Both the position numbers and the translations under genes were made by a program. 64,000 bases of DNA from an uncultured Methanosarcinaceae archaeon (lineage in GTDB: Archaea > Halobacteriota > Methanosarcinia > Methanosarcinales > Methanosarcinaceae), in NCBI GenBank assembly GCA_963727895.1, contig CAVSHT010000004.1:320001-384000 (forward strand). The letters run 5' to 3'. How positions within the stretch are numbered: the stretch's first letter is position 1; every line of letters begins with the position of its first letter. Of this stretch, positions 34,723 to 45,966 are shown piece by piece. Under the pieces are notes generated by a model. The model saw only the letters and a program-made list of their open reading frames with translations, did no database searches and was not told the origin of the DNA.

Positions 34723-35683
34723 ATGAATAAGCAAAAAGCCATACTGATATTATTATTTCTCCTTCCCCTTCTTTTCGTGTTGTATCTTTATGTTCCTTCA
34801 TAATTATGTCTTTTATTGACAGTTCATGGTACCATTCCAAGGAAATCGATATTGGGCCTCTTAATTACAGTCCCGTACTCACGAAAGCGGAGAAAGCCGG
34901 CTATGAAGTGGAAGGCGCCTAGTCCTAGCCCGGAAACTTTTCGGGCTTTGAACCCGGGGATGTCCCGGAGATTCGGAAAAGCTTTGGAAGTGCTCCTCTT
35001 GTGCAGGATATAAGGCTTAACTATAACGATAACTCTGAGATTATAGTCTTTGTATGCGAAGACAGGTCGGAAAACTGGACAAGAACCTGCGTTGCTGTCT
35101 CGAACTTTAGTCACTCTGATCCAAATTCTCCTTTACAGAGATCGGAATTCCCAGATGACTTCTGGACGCTTGAAAAACTCAGGCTCCTCTTTGGCTCGGA
35201 TGAAAAAGTCCCGGAAAGTATCTTGAGGCTCTGAAAAAAGCCGCACAAAACCAGACATGGGATGCTGAAATACAGGTGAACGAATCTCCAGATATTCCAG
35301 CTGTATATGCTTATCTTATGGAAAACAGTAACATTTCCAGTTACAGATCCAGTTTGGGTATTTTATACCCCACAACAGGTTCGGGCATGGAATTTTTTTT
35401 AAAGGACGGGAACCGGCTGGGTTCGGCAAGATGTTTTATTCCGGAGGCAAGGGTAATAAATTATGATAAGGGGAACAGAGGTACACAGGAAACAGGTACA
35501 TAGTTGAACTCAGTGCTTCAGGAAAAGTCAGGCTCGAAATCATAATGCATCTCGGAAGCGGTGGAGAATCGATACCTTAAGAGGAATATCGTGCATTTTT
35601 CAAGAAGATGTTTGAAGAAATGGGGCTTTCTCCTGAAGCAGTGGACAACTTTGAATTTTTTTACACTTCTTTAATGATGTGAT
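34723..35683 (+). pseudogene. Degraded membrane-anchored hypothetical protein
   Basis: MNKQKAILILLFLLPLLFVLYL start followed by coding-like, higher-GC fragments broken by stops and frameshifts. Confidence 0.45.
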
Positions 35684-35739
35684 GAAACTGCCTGAAGCTT
35701 AAGCAATTTCTTTATCTCGCGGGAACTGGAGTTTATAAC

Positions 35740-36396
35740 TATAGTCTTGAATGCAACTTCTTACACGTATTACCACTTCTCTATTCTTATGGTGGGAAAA
35801 GAACACATTCCTATTTATCAAAATATAACTCTTGATGAGATTAACGTTTCAATCAGACATGAAAACAATTCAAGAATGCTTAAAAGACTCTATTTTGTCA
35901 AATCCGATTTTTAGGGGATTCTGTTGAAAAAGCTACAACTAAAGTTGGAGCTACTAAGAAAACAGGATATTATTGGCAAGAAAATTGGAATAAAGGTGGC
36001 TATGCCGCCTTAATACCAAATTTTGGTGGAGGACGAAAACCCAAGCTTACCGATAAGCAAATAAAAGAATTAAAAATTTTGTTAGAAAAAAAGGATTACT
36101 GGACTACAAGAAGTGTTTTAGAGATAGTAAAGGAAAAATATGGTGTAGAGTATTCACAGAAGCAAATTTGGGTCATACTACATAATTTTAAGTATCATTC
36201 AAAACCATATACTCTTAACTATAGAAGACCTGAAAACGCTGAGGAAATTTTAAAAAAGTTAATAAAAGCAATTCCAGAGTATATTGGTCCAGATGACCAA
36301 TATATCATAGGTTTTCTGGATGAATCTTCACCACAAACAAAAGCAAATACGCAACGATTATGGTCATTTAAAAAGCCTTTAATGCTTAAAAATACG
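35740..36396 (+). mobile_element. IS630-family transposase relic, frameshifted and truncated by IS6
   Basis: RLYFVK, WNKGGYAALIPNFGGGRKPKLT, wHTH, FLDESSPQT; cut at IS6 copy C; left boundary approximate. Confidence 0.82.
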
Positions 36397-37253
36397 GGTT
36401 CCGTTGCAAAAAATATCTGCTAAGGATATAATTAAAATAAAAATGAAATCAAAGATAGTGATATGCTATCTAATTCCTTTAAATGGAAGCACTTTGTTGG
36501 TGAAATTATTTTATTGAATGTTAGATGGTACTTAAAATACCCACTTAGTTATAGAAATTTAAAGGAAATGATGGCAGAAAGAGGGATAATAGTCAACCAT
36601 ACAACCATTATGAGATGGGTACATCAATATTCACCTGAAATCGAAAAGAAGGTCAGAAGGCATTTAAGACCAACAAACGATTCTTGGAGAGTTGATAAAA
36701 CTTATATCAGAGTTAAAGGTGAATGGAAATATTTTTACCGAGCAGTTGACTCAAATGGAGATACAATTGATTTCATGTTAAGTGCAAAACGAGACCAAAA
36801 AGCAGCGAACAGATTCTTCAAAAAAGCTTTGAACTCTAATCATAATCAAATTCCAAGAGTAATCACAGTTGACAAAAATCCAGCTTATCCACCTGCTATA
36901 GATAAACTGAAAAATGATAAAATACTACCTATAAACGTAGGCATTCGACAAATCAAATATTTGAATAACATTATAAAACAAGATCATAGATCCATTAAAC
37001 GAATAGTTAATCCAATGTTAGGATTTCAGTCTTTTCATACAGCCATTAAAACTTTAAAAGGAATTGAAGCTATGAATATGATTAAAAAAGGACAAATCAA
37101 GAACTTAAATTACTCTGGCTTTAATGAAGCTAAATATATTAATCAATTATTTGGAATAGTTCTATAATATTGACATATCTTTTTGAATATTTTAACTTTT
37201 ATTCATTATTCATAGATTTACAGGCTTATTCTAAGATTTTTTGCAACGGAACC
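36397..37253 (+). mobile_element. IS6-family element, copy C (catalytic Glu mutated)
   Basis: Same IRs; VDKTY and NNIIKQDHR instead of VDETY and NNIIEQDHR. Confidence 0.95.
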
Positions 37254-37341
37254 TTTCTTTATATTGGAATACTTAGACAAAATATTGGTTTTAAAATTGG
37301 ACTTTGTATTCGCTTCCAATATTCATGCCTCATGGGGATTA

Positions 37342-39756
37342 TTACCTTCCAAGCTTCTTTTCCGTTTCAAGAACTTTAAGAGTAACTTTCATAATCGAAT
37401 CCGGATTAAGTGAAATGGAATCTATCCCCTCTTTTACCAGGAACTCTGCGATTTCGGGATAGTCACTGGGTGCCTGTCCACAGATCCCGCTGTGTCTTCT
37501 ATTCTGCTTTGCTCCCTGTACAGCCATTGCCATTATTTTCATAACTCCTGGATCTCTTTCATCAAACTCTGCAGTAAGGATTTCCGAGTCTCTGTCAACT
37601 CCAAGAGTCAGCTGGGTCAGATCGTTTGAGCCTATCGAGAAGCCATCGAAATATTTACTGAATTCGTCAATTTGAAGAACATTATTTGGAATCTCGCACA
37701 TGACATAGATCTGAAGCCCATTTTCTCCCCTCTTTAAACCGTTTTTCTCCATTTCTGCAATTACTTTTTGAGCTTCTTCAACGGTTCTGCAGAAGGGAAT
37801 CATAATAATTAGATTTTTAAGCCCCATTTCTTCTCTAACTTTTTTCAGAGCTCTGCATTCAAGGGCAAAACCTTCCCTGTAACGCTCATTGAAATAACGA
37901 GAAGCTCCCCTGAACCCCAGCATTGGATTATCCTCTTTTCCTTCAAAATAACTGCCTCCAAGAAGGCTTTCATACTCATTGCTTTTGAAGTCGCTTGTGC
38001 GGACTACAACACTTTTTGGGTAAAAAGCAGCAGCAATGGTTCCAACTCCCTGAGCAAGTTTCTCTACAAAATATTCTTCTTTGTTATCAGAATTTTGCGT
38101 AAGTTCCTCAATTTCCTGAAGGATCTTCGGATCCTTAACCTTTTCAGGATGCACTAGAGCCATTGGATGGATCTTGATATAGTTTGAAATAATAAATTCC
38201 AGCCTTGCAAGCCCAATTCCATCGTTTGGGACCATGGAAAGGCTAAAAGCTCCTTCAGGATTTCCAAGATTCATCATAATTTCAGTTTTAGGGCGTTTTG
38301 TGCCTTTAAGGCTCAATGTATCTTTGTGGAAAGGAAGAATTCCCTCGTACACAATCCCATCTTCACCTTCAGCACAGCTTACGGTAATTTCCTTACCCGT
38401 CTCGAGAACTTCGGTCGCGTTACCTGTTCCCACAACTGCCGGAACTCCCAGTTCCCGGCTAACAATTGCAGCATGGGAGGTTCTTCCTCCCCGGTTCGTG
38501 ACAATTGCAGCCGCTATTTTCATCACAGGCTCCCAGTCCGGAGTTGTAGAATCAGCAATCAGGATCTCTCCCTGTTTAAAAGAAGGCAGATCTGAAACAT
38601 TGGGGATTACATGTGCTTTTCCAGCAGCAATTTTGTCTCCTATGCTCTTGCCTTTTGCAAGGACATTAGATTTCTTTTCGAGCACATAAGTTTCCAGAAT
38701 GTCTTGACTTTTTTGAGACTGAACAGTTTCCGGTCTCGCCTGCACTATAAAGAGTTCTCCTGTTATCCCATCCTTTGCCCATTCGATATCCATGGGCATG
38801 GGCTTCTTATTTTTATTTGAGTAATAGTCTTCAATGGTAATAGCGTACCATGCAAGTTTAAGCACTTCTTCATCATTGATACAGAATCGACTTCTATCAG
38901 CCTCAGAAACCTCGACATTCCGGGTAAGCATTTTGGAACCGCCTTGCCCATAGATCATCTTAATTTTTTTATCTCCCACATTTTTTTCGAGAATCGGCTT
39001 GTACCCGTCCTTGAAAGTTGACTTGAAAACGTAGAACTCGTCTGGATTGACCTGACCCTGCACGATATTCTCCCCAAGCCCATAGGAGCCTGTGATAAAA
39101 ACTACGTCCCTGAAACCTGTTTCTGTATCCAGAGTAAATATAACGCCGCTTGAAGCCATATCAGATCGGACCATTTTCATTATTCCTATTGACAGAGCCA
39201 CTTTAAAATGGTCAAAGTTATTTATTACTCGATAAGAAATAGCCCTATCAGTAAAAAGTGAGGCAATACAGCGTACGCAAGCGTCCCGAAGTGCTGGATA
39301 ACCCCGGATATTAAGATAAGATTCCTGCTGGCCCGCAAAAGAAGCAGTTGGAAGATCTTCAGCTGTAGCCGAACTCCTTACGGCAACATCAGTGTTTTCT
39401 CCATATTGCTCACATAAATGGTCATATCCAGCTTTTATTTCCTGCCATAGATCATCCGGAATTCCTGCACCAAGAATCAAATCCCTTGCAGCTTTTCCTT
39501 TTTTTGCAAGGTCAGCTACATTTGAGGTATCAAGTCCTTCCAGAGTTTGCTTGAGCTTTTCTAGAATTCCTCCGGTTTTGAGGACATGCCAGTAGGCTTC
39601 AGCAGTTACTGAGAAACCGTTTGGGATTTTTACTCCCTTTGGAGTAAGTTCCCTGTACATTTCCCCAAGAGAGGCATTTTTTCCACCCACAAGTGGAACA
39701 TCTTCAATCGACGTTTCATTAAACCAGCGTATGTATTTGCTTTGATTCTCATCCAT
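37342..39756 (-). CDS. ppsA: Phosphoenolpyruvate synthase
   Basis: VGGKNASLGEM, AVRSSATAEDLP, GGRTSHAAIVSRELG phospho-His, FSIGSNDLTQ, GICGQAPSD. Confidence 0.97.
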   Translation of the reverse strand: MDENQSKYIRWFNETSIEDVPLVGGKNASLGEMYRELTPKGVKIPNGFSVTAEAYWHVLKTGGILEKLKQTLEGLDTSNVADLAKKGKAARDLILGAGIPDDLWQEIKAGYDHLCEQYGENTDVAVRSSATAEDLPTASFAGQQESYLNIRGYPALRDACVRCIASLFTDRAISYRVINNFDHFKVALSIGIMKMVRSDMASSGVIFTLDTETGFRDVVFITGSYGLGENIVQGQVNPDEFYVFKSTFKDGYKPILEKNVGDKKIKMIYGQGGSKMLTRNVEVSEADRSRFCINDEEVLKLAWYAITIEDYYSNKNKKPMPMDIEWAKDGITGELFIVQARPETVQSQKSQDILETYVLEKKSNVLAKGKSIGDKIAAGKAHVIPNVSDLPSFKQGEILIADSTTPDWEPVMKIAAAIVTNRGGRTSHAAIVSRELGVPAVVGTGNATEVLETGKEITVSCAEGEDGIVYEGILPFHKDTLSLKGTKRPKTEIMMNLGNPEGAFSLSMVPNDGIGLARLEFIISNYIKIHPMALVHPEKVKDPKILQEIEELTQNSDNKEEYFVEKLAQGVGTIAAAFYPKSVVVRTSDFKSNEYESLLGGSYFEGKEDNPMLGFRGASRYFNERYREGFALECRALKKVREEMGLKNLIIMIPFCRTVEEAQKVIAEMEKNGLKRGENGLQIYVMCEIPNNVLQIDEFSKYFDGFSIGSNDLTQLTLGVDRDSEILTAEFDERDPGVMKIMAMAVQGAKQNRRHSGICGQAPSDYPEIAEFLVKEGIDSISLNPDSIMKVTLKVLETEKKLGR

Positions 39757-40167
39757 TTCCCCGAACTCCCATTTAAAATTATTATAGTTTTGAAATAATC
39801 ATAACTTGTATTTACGGTTCCGTAAATTAGTTGAAACGTTCCCCATAGCGTATTAGCTATTCCCAAATAAAGGCCCCAATATAATTATGCATCAATGAAA
39901 GAAATGAATTTCCCCTGTTCAAACTGTTCTTTTTTATGACCCATATAATAAGTCACGAAATATACGTTAAAAAGATATTTGTATCAACTGAAGTAAAAAT
40001 GCTCTTTAATTAGTACTCACACAGTAATAATTGTATTTAACAGTAAAATGTATATTACCGTAAGTACAAGGTATATCTTAAGAATTCTAAATAAAATTGA
40101 ACTGTGTGCTCCATTTTAACGGGGAGATGAAACATACATTTTTTAGAGAAATGGGGGGACAAATACA

Positions 40168-40310
40168 TTGCTAGATAGTGAAATAAAGAATCTCAAACAT
40201 CCTGCCGAAATACCTCTTTTTGTTGTTTCTTTATTAATTAGTGTTTTTATTTATGCCGTATTAATGACAATACCACTTCTCTATCCTGAAAAACTCGGGA
40301 TTGAGTATAT
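40168..40310 (+). pseudogene. N-terminal stub of a membrane protein (possibly M48 peptidase), cut by IS6
   Basis: GGGGGA RBS; LKHPAEIPLFVVSLLIS TM start; ends at IS6 copy D. Confidence 0.45.
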
Positions 40311-41167
40311 GGTTCCGTTGCAAAAAATATCTGCTAAGGATATAATTAAAATAAAAATGAAATCAAAGATAGTGATATGCTATCTAATTCCTTTAAATGG
40401 AAGCACTTTGTTGGTGAAATTATTTTATTGAATGTTAGATGGTACTTAAAATACCCACTTAGTTATGGAAATTTAAAGGAAATGATGGCAGAAAGAGGGA
40501 TAATAGTCAACCATACAACTATTATGAGATGGGTACATCAATATTCACCTGAAATCGAAAAGAAGGTCAGAAGGCATTTAAGACCAACAAACGACTCTTG
40601 GAGAGTTGATGAAACTTATATCAGAGTTAAAGGTGAATGGAAATATTTTTACCGAGCAGTTGACTCAAATGGAGATACAATTGATTTCATGTTAAGTGCA
40701 AAACGAGACCAAAAAGCAGCAAAACGTTTCTTTAAGAAAGCTTTGAACTCTAATCATAATCAAATTCCAAGAGTAATCACAGTTGACAAAAATCCAGCTT
40801 ATCCACCTGCTATAGATAAACTGAAAAATGATAAAATACTACCTATAAACGTAGGCATTCGACAAATCAAATATTTGAATAACATTATAGAACAGGATCA
40901 TAGATCCATTAAACGAATAGTTAATCCAATGTTAGGATTTCAGTCTTTTCATACAGCCATTAAAACTTTAAAAGGAATTGAAGCTATGAATATGATTAAA
41001 AAAGGACAAATCAAGAACTTAAATTACTCTGGCTTTAATGAAGCTAAATATATTAATCAATTATTTGGAATAGTTCTATAATATTGACATATCTTTTTGA
41101 ATATTTTAACTTTTATTCATTATTCATAGATTTACAGGCTTATTCTAAGATTTTTTGCAACGGAACC
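40311..41167 (+). mobile_element. IS6-family element, copy D (transposase 40377-41081)
   Basis: Same IRs, full-length transposase (SYGNL variant). Confidence 0.96.
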
Positions 41168-42199
41168 ACAAAAGCTACCAGCCCGAAAATTGCGTTTGAG
41201 GTATTTACTCCGGAACTTGAAATTATGAATTCTTTCGAACTCTCAAGTGTTGCAGGATTACTGGCATAAGGATCAGAATAGAGAGAAGTTTTTAGCTTTC
41301 CAAGCTCAGGTTCGGAGGTTTTTTTCTTAAGGGGAATTCTGTCAAAATCCACTTTTGCGGCAAGACCAGTGAGAAGTGCTGCAATTGCTGAAGAAAGTCC
41401 TGGGAGCCATGCCACAAGTGAACCCGCTGCACTGCCTGTAAGGATTCCTCTCAAAATTCGTTTTCGAGAAAGTTTGAGTGCAGAAACAGATTCCTCTGGA
41501 ATTTTAGAGCTTGTTAGAAGGCTTATAATTAATTGGGATGCTCCGAAAAGCCCACTCAAGAGGGGAAGGAGTATAGAAGGTTCTCCAAAACTTACAATTG
41601 GAACCATTAGAAATTCTCTGGAAAATGCAAAAAGCCCAAGTAAGCCTGTGATCAAGAATAAAACTAACGCAAAAAATTTGTACTTATATTTTGCAAGTAG
41701 ATTTCTCTTTTTAGAATCGTCATCTTTTTCATTTTTTTCACTTGCAAGCATCAGAAATACTATTAAAATAAGAATCCATGCCATATGCGCTTCAATATAA
41801 GGATAAACAGCTTTAAAAAAGAGAGAAAAAGGTACCACGAAAATCAGAGCGGCAACTACCGAGCCCGCGCTTCCAAGTGCTGAAAGGCGAACTGCTTCGG
41901 CTCCTGCTCCATCAAGCAGAAGCCTGTGTCCTGGCAGGACTGTTAGTGCGGTATCTCCATCCGGCGCTCCTAAAAATATTGATGGGATTATGTCATGAAA
42001 GATCTGAGATATAGCGTTTGAAAAAATAATCACAGCTATGTAAAAAGGTGCAAGTCCTTTCTCAGCTAGGAATGGGGCAAAGGCTACTAGTGCAAGTGCA
42101 AAATTATTTTATGTATTCCAGGAAGAAGACCTGAGATTATGCCAAGAAGGTAACCCCCTAAAATTGACAAAAAAGTAAGAATAAAGAGACACCTTCCAC
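41168..42199 (-). pseudogene. Archaeal TctA-like (DUF112) membrane protein, frameshifted and 3'-truncated by IS6
   Basis: GIISGLLPGIH (frameshift ~42110), IPSIFLGAPD, VLPGHRLLL, LLSGLFG, SGVNTSNAIF then IS6 end. Confidence 0.82.
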
Positions 42200-42629
42200 T
42201 TAGTAACCACCCAATACTTTGTTTAAATCTTTAAAAACTATTACAGGTAGTTACAATTATTTCTATAAACAGATATTTTAAGCATACTTGTGAAAAGAAA
42301 TTGCTTATCATTCAAAATGAAGAATTAAAATAATAGAATAGAATAAGAAAGTGATAAAAAGAAATAGGAACGTTATAAAAAAGAAATAAGAAAGTAGTTA
42401 GATTAATTTAACTATACTAAAAAGATTTAGTTCTTTAATTTTAAAAGTTATAATATAAATTTTTTGTGGTGGAGTTCCGTAATCTTTTATGATATTTTGG
42501 AAGCATATATAAAAATATAATCTAACTGGTTGATAAGTGCCTCAAAATTTTTTGTTCCTTTGATCACATCAAAGAAAATAAAAAATCAATTCCATTTATG
42601 TTTTATATGTGACCGATATCTTATATTAT

Positions 42630-42930
42630 GTAGTTCTAAATGCTAATTTTGAATGGGGTTCATGAGTAGCATTTAGTGAATATGTAGAGCAAGGATACCG
42701 AGGTTCGCCATTCCTCAACCTTGTCCTCCATAAGTCAGAAGCTCTCCCTTAATCAGAAGCCACCGAGGTTTTTTGCCATTCCTCAAGCTTTAGTTTCAGG
42801 AGATACTTCATATGGGAAACGGAAAGAGGTTCGCCATTCCTCACTTCCGATTCCCTTAATTTCAGAAGCAAAAAGAAGTGAGAGGTAAATCCCTCTCAAT
42901 ACTGTTTTTCCTCTCACTTCAATTGCCTTC
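42630..42930 (+). ncRNA. Candidate structured small RNA with three repeated GAGG-UU(C/U)GCCAUU-CCUC stem-loops
   Basis: Five predicted hairpins; GC-richer island in an AT-rich intergenic region; TATA-like TTTATAT at ~42602; strand inferred. Confidence 0.55.
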
Positions 42931-43318
42931 TTTATGATCACATTTTCATAGTTAGTGTTGTTTTATTTCTCTCCGTTTTTCTAGTATTATTGTTACAATT
43001 TCTATCTCAGCATACTGATGAAATGAAAATTCCTGTCAAACTAGATAATAAATTCACTAATAATTCACTAAAATCAAGAAATAACTTCATCAAAAACAAT
43101 CAAGTTTCCAAAATTGGGATTTTCGGGATTGGAGTAGTCAGAAAAAAGAGAGCTGTAAATATTTGTTATTAAAAACACATACAAAACCATATATATGAGC
43201 GGTTCCTGTTCTAAAAGAACCCTGACATAATATTATTAAAAAAACTTGATTATGTATCTATAGGTAAGGTTTAATTTTTTCAGATTATTTTCAGCAATTC
43301 GTAGAAAAAAGGATTTAG

Positions 43319-44227
43319 ATGACAATCAAATGCAAAAAATGCAATCATGAAGCTATCGTTTTTCAGAAATATTCCGGAATGCATCTTTGCAAAAAACATT
43401 TTGTAGAAGATGTTGAAAGAAAAATCAAACTGACAATCCGGAGAGAATACAGTATCCAAAAAAACGATGTAATAGCTGTTGCCTTAAGTGGGGGTAAAGA
43501 TAGCTCAGTTGCTCTCTATGTAATGCATAAAATTCTAGGGAACAGACCTGACATTAAAATCATAGCAATCTCAGTGGATGAAGGAATAAATGGATACCGT
43601 CCGCATTCCCTAGAACTCGCAAAAAGCCTCACAAAGATGCTTGGAGTCCAGCATGTTATAAAATCTTTTAAAGATGTACATGGAGTAACTATGGACGAGC
43701 TGGCGGCAATGGATCGGGAAAAAGGCGCATGCAGCTATTGCGGAGTTCTTAGGAAAAATGTCCTTAATAAAGCTGCACTCGAAATAGGAGCAACAAAACT
43801 CGTCACAGGGCATAATCTGGATGATGAAGCCCAGACAATCCTTCTTAATCACTTAAGGGGAGATATGGAGCGCATGGTCAGGCTTGCTCCGCCGGCAGCT
43901 ATTGACGGCCTGGTGTTACGGGCAAAACCTCTAAGGAATATTCCTGAAAAAGAAGTGGCACTTTATGCCATTGTAAATTCTCTACCTGTGGATTTTAGTG
44001 AATGTCCTTATGCAGGAGAAGCTTTGCGAGGGGAAATACGTGAGCTTCTGAATAACTTTGAGGCAAAACATCCGGGAACTAAATATTCTTTACTCAGAGG
44101 TTTTGACAAGCTTGCGGGAGCTCTTGCAAAAGAAATGCCTCCTGCACATCTCAAAAAATGCAGGATTTGTGGAGAGACCTGCAATGAAGATGTATGCCAG
44201 ACCTGCAAATTGCTAGGTCGGGCTTGA
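43319..44227 (+). CDS. ncsA: tRNA 2-thiolation protein (TIGR00269; NcsA/TtuA/Ctu1 family)
   Basis: N- and C-terminal Zn fingers, PP-loop SGGKDS, CSYCGVLR, GHNLDD, ECPY. Confidence 0.85.
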   Translation: MTIKCKKCNHEAIVFQKYSGMHLCKKHFVEDVERKIKLTIRREYSIQKNDVIAVALSGGKDSSVALYVMHKILGNRPDIKIIAISVDEGINGYRPHSLELAKSLTKMLGVQHVIKSFKDVHGVTMDELAAMDREKGACSYCGVLRKNVLNKAALEIGATKLVTGHNLDDEAQTILLNHLRGDMERMVRLAPPAAIDGLVLRAKPLRNIPEKEVALYAIVNSLPVDFSECPYAGEALRGEIRELLNNFEAKHPGTKYSLLRGFDKLAGALAKEMPPAHLKKCRICGETCNEDVCQTCKLLGRA

Positions 44228-44317
44228 AAATAAAAATAAAGGCAGTAGCCTTTTAGAGGCAATCTATCAGAAAGGTCTTTTTGAATATTTTTTGAAAATA
44301 TATATGAAGCCAATCTT

Positions 44318-45214
44318 TTAGAAGCTTTCGTAGGAAAGCAGATATGAAGGGTCATAAAGTTCTTTTCCTTTTTTCGTTAGGTAAATACGTGTCCATAGAA
44401 CGGTCGCAAGAGGCTTTAATATCAAAATCGGCACAAGAGAGCTAGCTGCTATCAGAATACTTCCTGAGCCTGCAAATTCACTAACGAACGCGTTGAGTAA
44501 CGTGAGCCCTGTATAAATCATCCATATGACGAAAACATCTAGCTTGTTATTCATAAAGAAACGGAACCCTGCACTCAAAGCCTCGAGGGGTCCAAGCTCT
44601 TCGATTACAAGGGCATATGTACTGAGGGAAAATACAAGATTTATTATTATTAAGTAAGTAGTCCATAAAATAATTCCTACAGCTAGTACGGCTGTACCTT
44701 GTATAGAATTTGGATTTTCAAGAATCTTAGTAAGGTTCCCTATAGAAAGTGCTCCAGGCACCAGAAATACTATTCCTACAAACAGGATTAATGTAAGTAG
44801 TAGGGTTGTCATAAATAATCTAAAGGCGTTTTTCGAACCTGAAACCAGCATGTCCGAGAGAACAGTATCTCCTGTTTCCAAGGACTTCTTTGCCATTCCT
44901 ATTGCTCCTGCTGTGAAATAGGACTGCACGAACATCAAGAACAGGAAAAATCCAAGAATAAGAGATATTGACAATACTATATTCTTAGAAAATCCTTCCC
45001 ACATCATGGCAAAAAGTTCTTCATTGGAAAGGCTGGAAGTATTTACAACACTTCCGGCACTTGAAGTAAAGAGTAAAATGCCCATTAAGCCAAAGAAAAG
45101 GACATAAAGAATAAGTTCAATAAGAAAATTAATGGTGAAAGGAATACAGATATTTAAATTTCTAAGCCAGCTTTTGAATCCGTTATTGAGTAATGTTCCA
45201 AAGTCTTCATGCAT
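44318..45214 (-). CDS. Multi-pass membrane protein, hypothetical
   Basis: 298 aa, ~6 hydrophobic segments, EELGPLEAL motif. Confidence 0.8.
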   Translation of the reverse strand: MHEDFGTLLNNGFKSWLRNLNICIPFTINFLIELILYVLFFGLMGILLFTSSAGSVVNTSSLSNEELFAMMWEGFSKNIVLSISLILGFFLFLMFVQSYFTAGAIGMAKKSLETGDTVLSDMLVSGSKNAFRLFMTTLLLTLILFVGIVFLVPGALSIGNLTKILENPNSIQGTAVLAVGIILWTTYLIIINLVFSLSTYALVIEELGPLEALSAGFRFFMNNKLDVFVIWMIYTGLTLLNAFVSEFAGSGSILIAASSLVPILILKPLATVLWTRIYLTKKGKELYDPSYLLSYESF

Positions 45215-45425
45215 ATGCCGTGACCTTCCAATATAAAGACAGTGTACCTACACTTTTTTGCAACTGTTCTCAACAAATTACAAAAATATTGATTGTATGC
45301 AGGATCACAGATTCCATTTTTCGGATAGATATGCCGAGGATAAATATAAAATCTCTTGTCTAATGCAATGAAATCTGCAATTTACTCAAGGCACTACAAA
45401 TACCAGGCGAATAAAAGTGATTAAT

Positions 45426-45929
45426 ATGAAAAATTTGGAAACAAATGATTCTTCTCTGATTTCTGAAAAATCCACTATCGGTAGCGATAACGAAAAAGTT
45501 TTGGTTATAGGTCACTGCCTTCTCAACCCGCTTGCGAGGGTAAAAGGAGTAAAACCCACCCAACCTATTGATATACGAGGCGCGAATGTTATCCAACTCC
45601 CTTGCCCTGAAACCATATTTTTCGGTATGAAACGCCGTGAAATTACTAAAGACCAGCTCGATCATCCTGCCTACCGGTGTTTTTGCAGAGAAATCTTTAC
45701 CCATTTTGCAGACCTGCTCGAAGACCTTGCAGTCAACGGCGTAAATATAACAATTATCGGAGTTTCCAAAAGTCCCTCCTGCGGCGTGGAAATTACCAGC
45801 GTCGGCGGAGAGCCAGGCAAAGTTAAAGAATTTCACCACAGGCATGCACAAGAGCATGGCGTGTTTATGGAAGAGATTATAAAAGAGCTTAAGAAGAGAA
45901 ATATAAATTTTGAGATAGAGGATGCGTGA
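45426..45929 (+). CDS. DUF523/TudS-related Fe-S protein
   Basis: HCLLN, QLPCPE, SPSCG three-Cys pattern. Confidence 0.72.
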   Translation: MKNLETNDSSLISEKSTIGSDNEKVLVIGHCLLNPLARVKGVKPTQPIDIRGANVIQLPCPETIFFGMKRREITKDQLDHPAYRCFCREIFTHFADLLEDLAVNGVNITIIGVSKSPSCGVEITSVGGEPGKVKEFHHRHAQEHGVFMEEIIKELKKRNINFEIEDA

Positions 45930-45966
45930 AAGTAAAAATGATTTTTGATTTATTAAGAGATTAAAG

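Noticed and set aside
42690..42850. Mini CRISPR array from the three GAGG...CCTC repeats at ~63-bp spacing
   Set aside because: The repeat is only 17-20 bp, and the intervening sequences pair as stems and share motifs rather than being unique spacers
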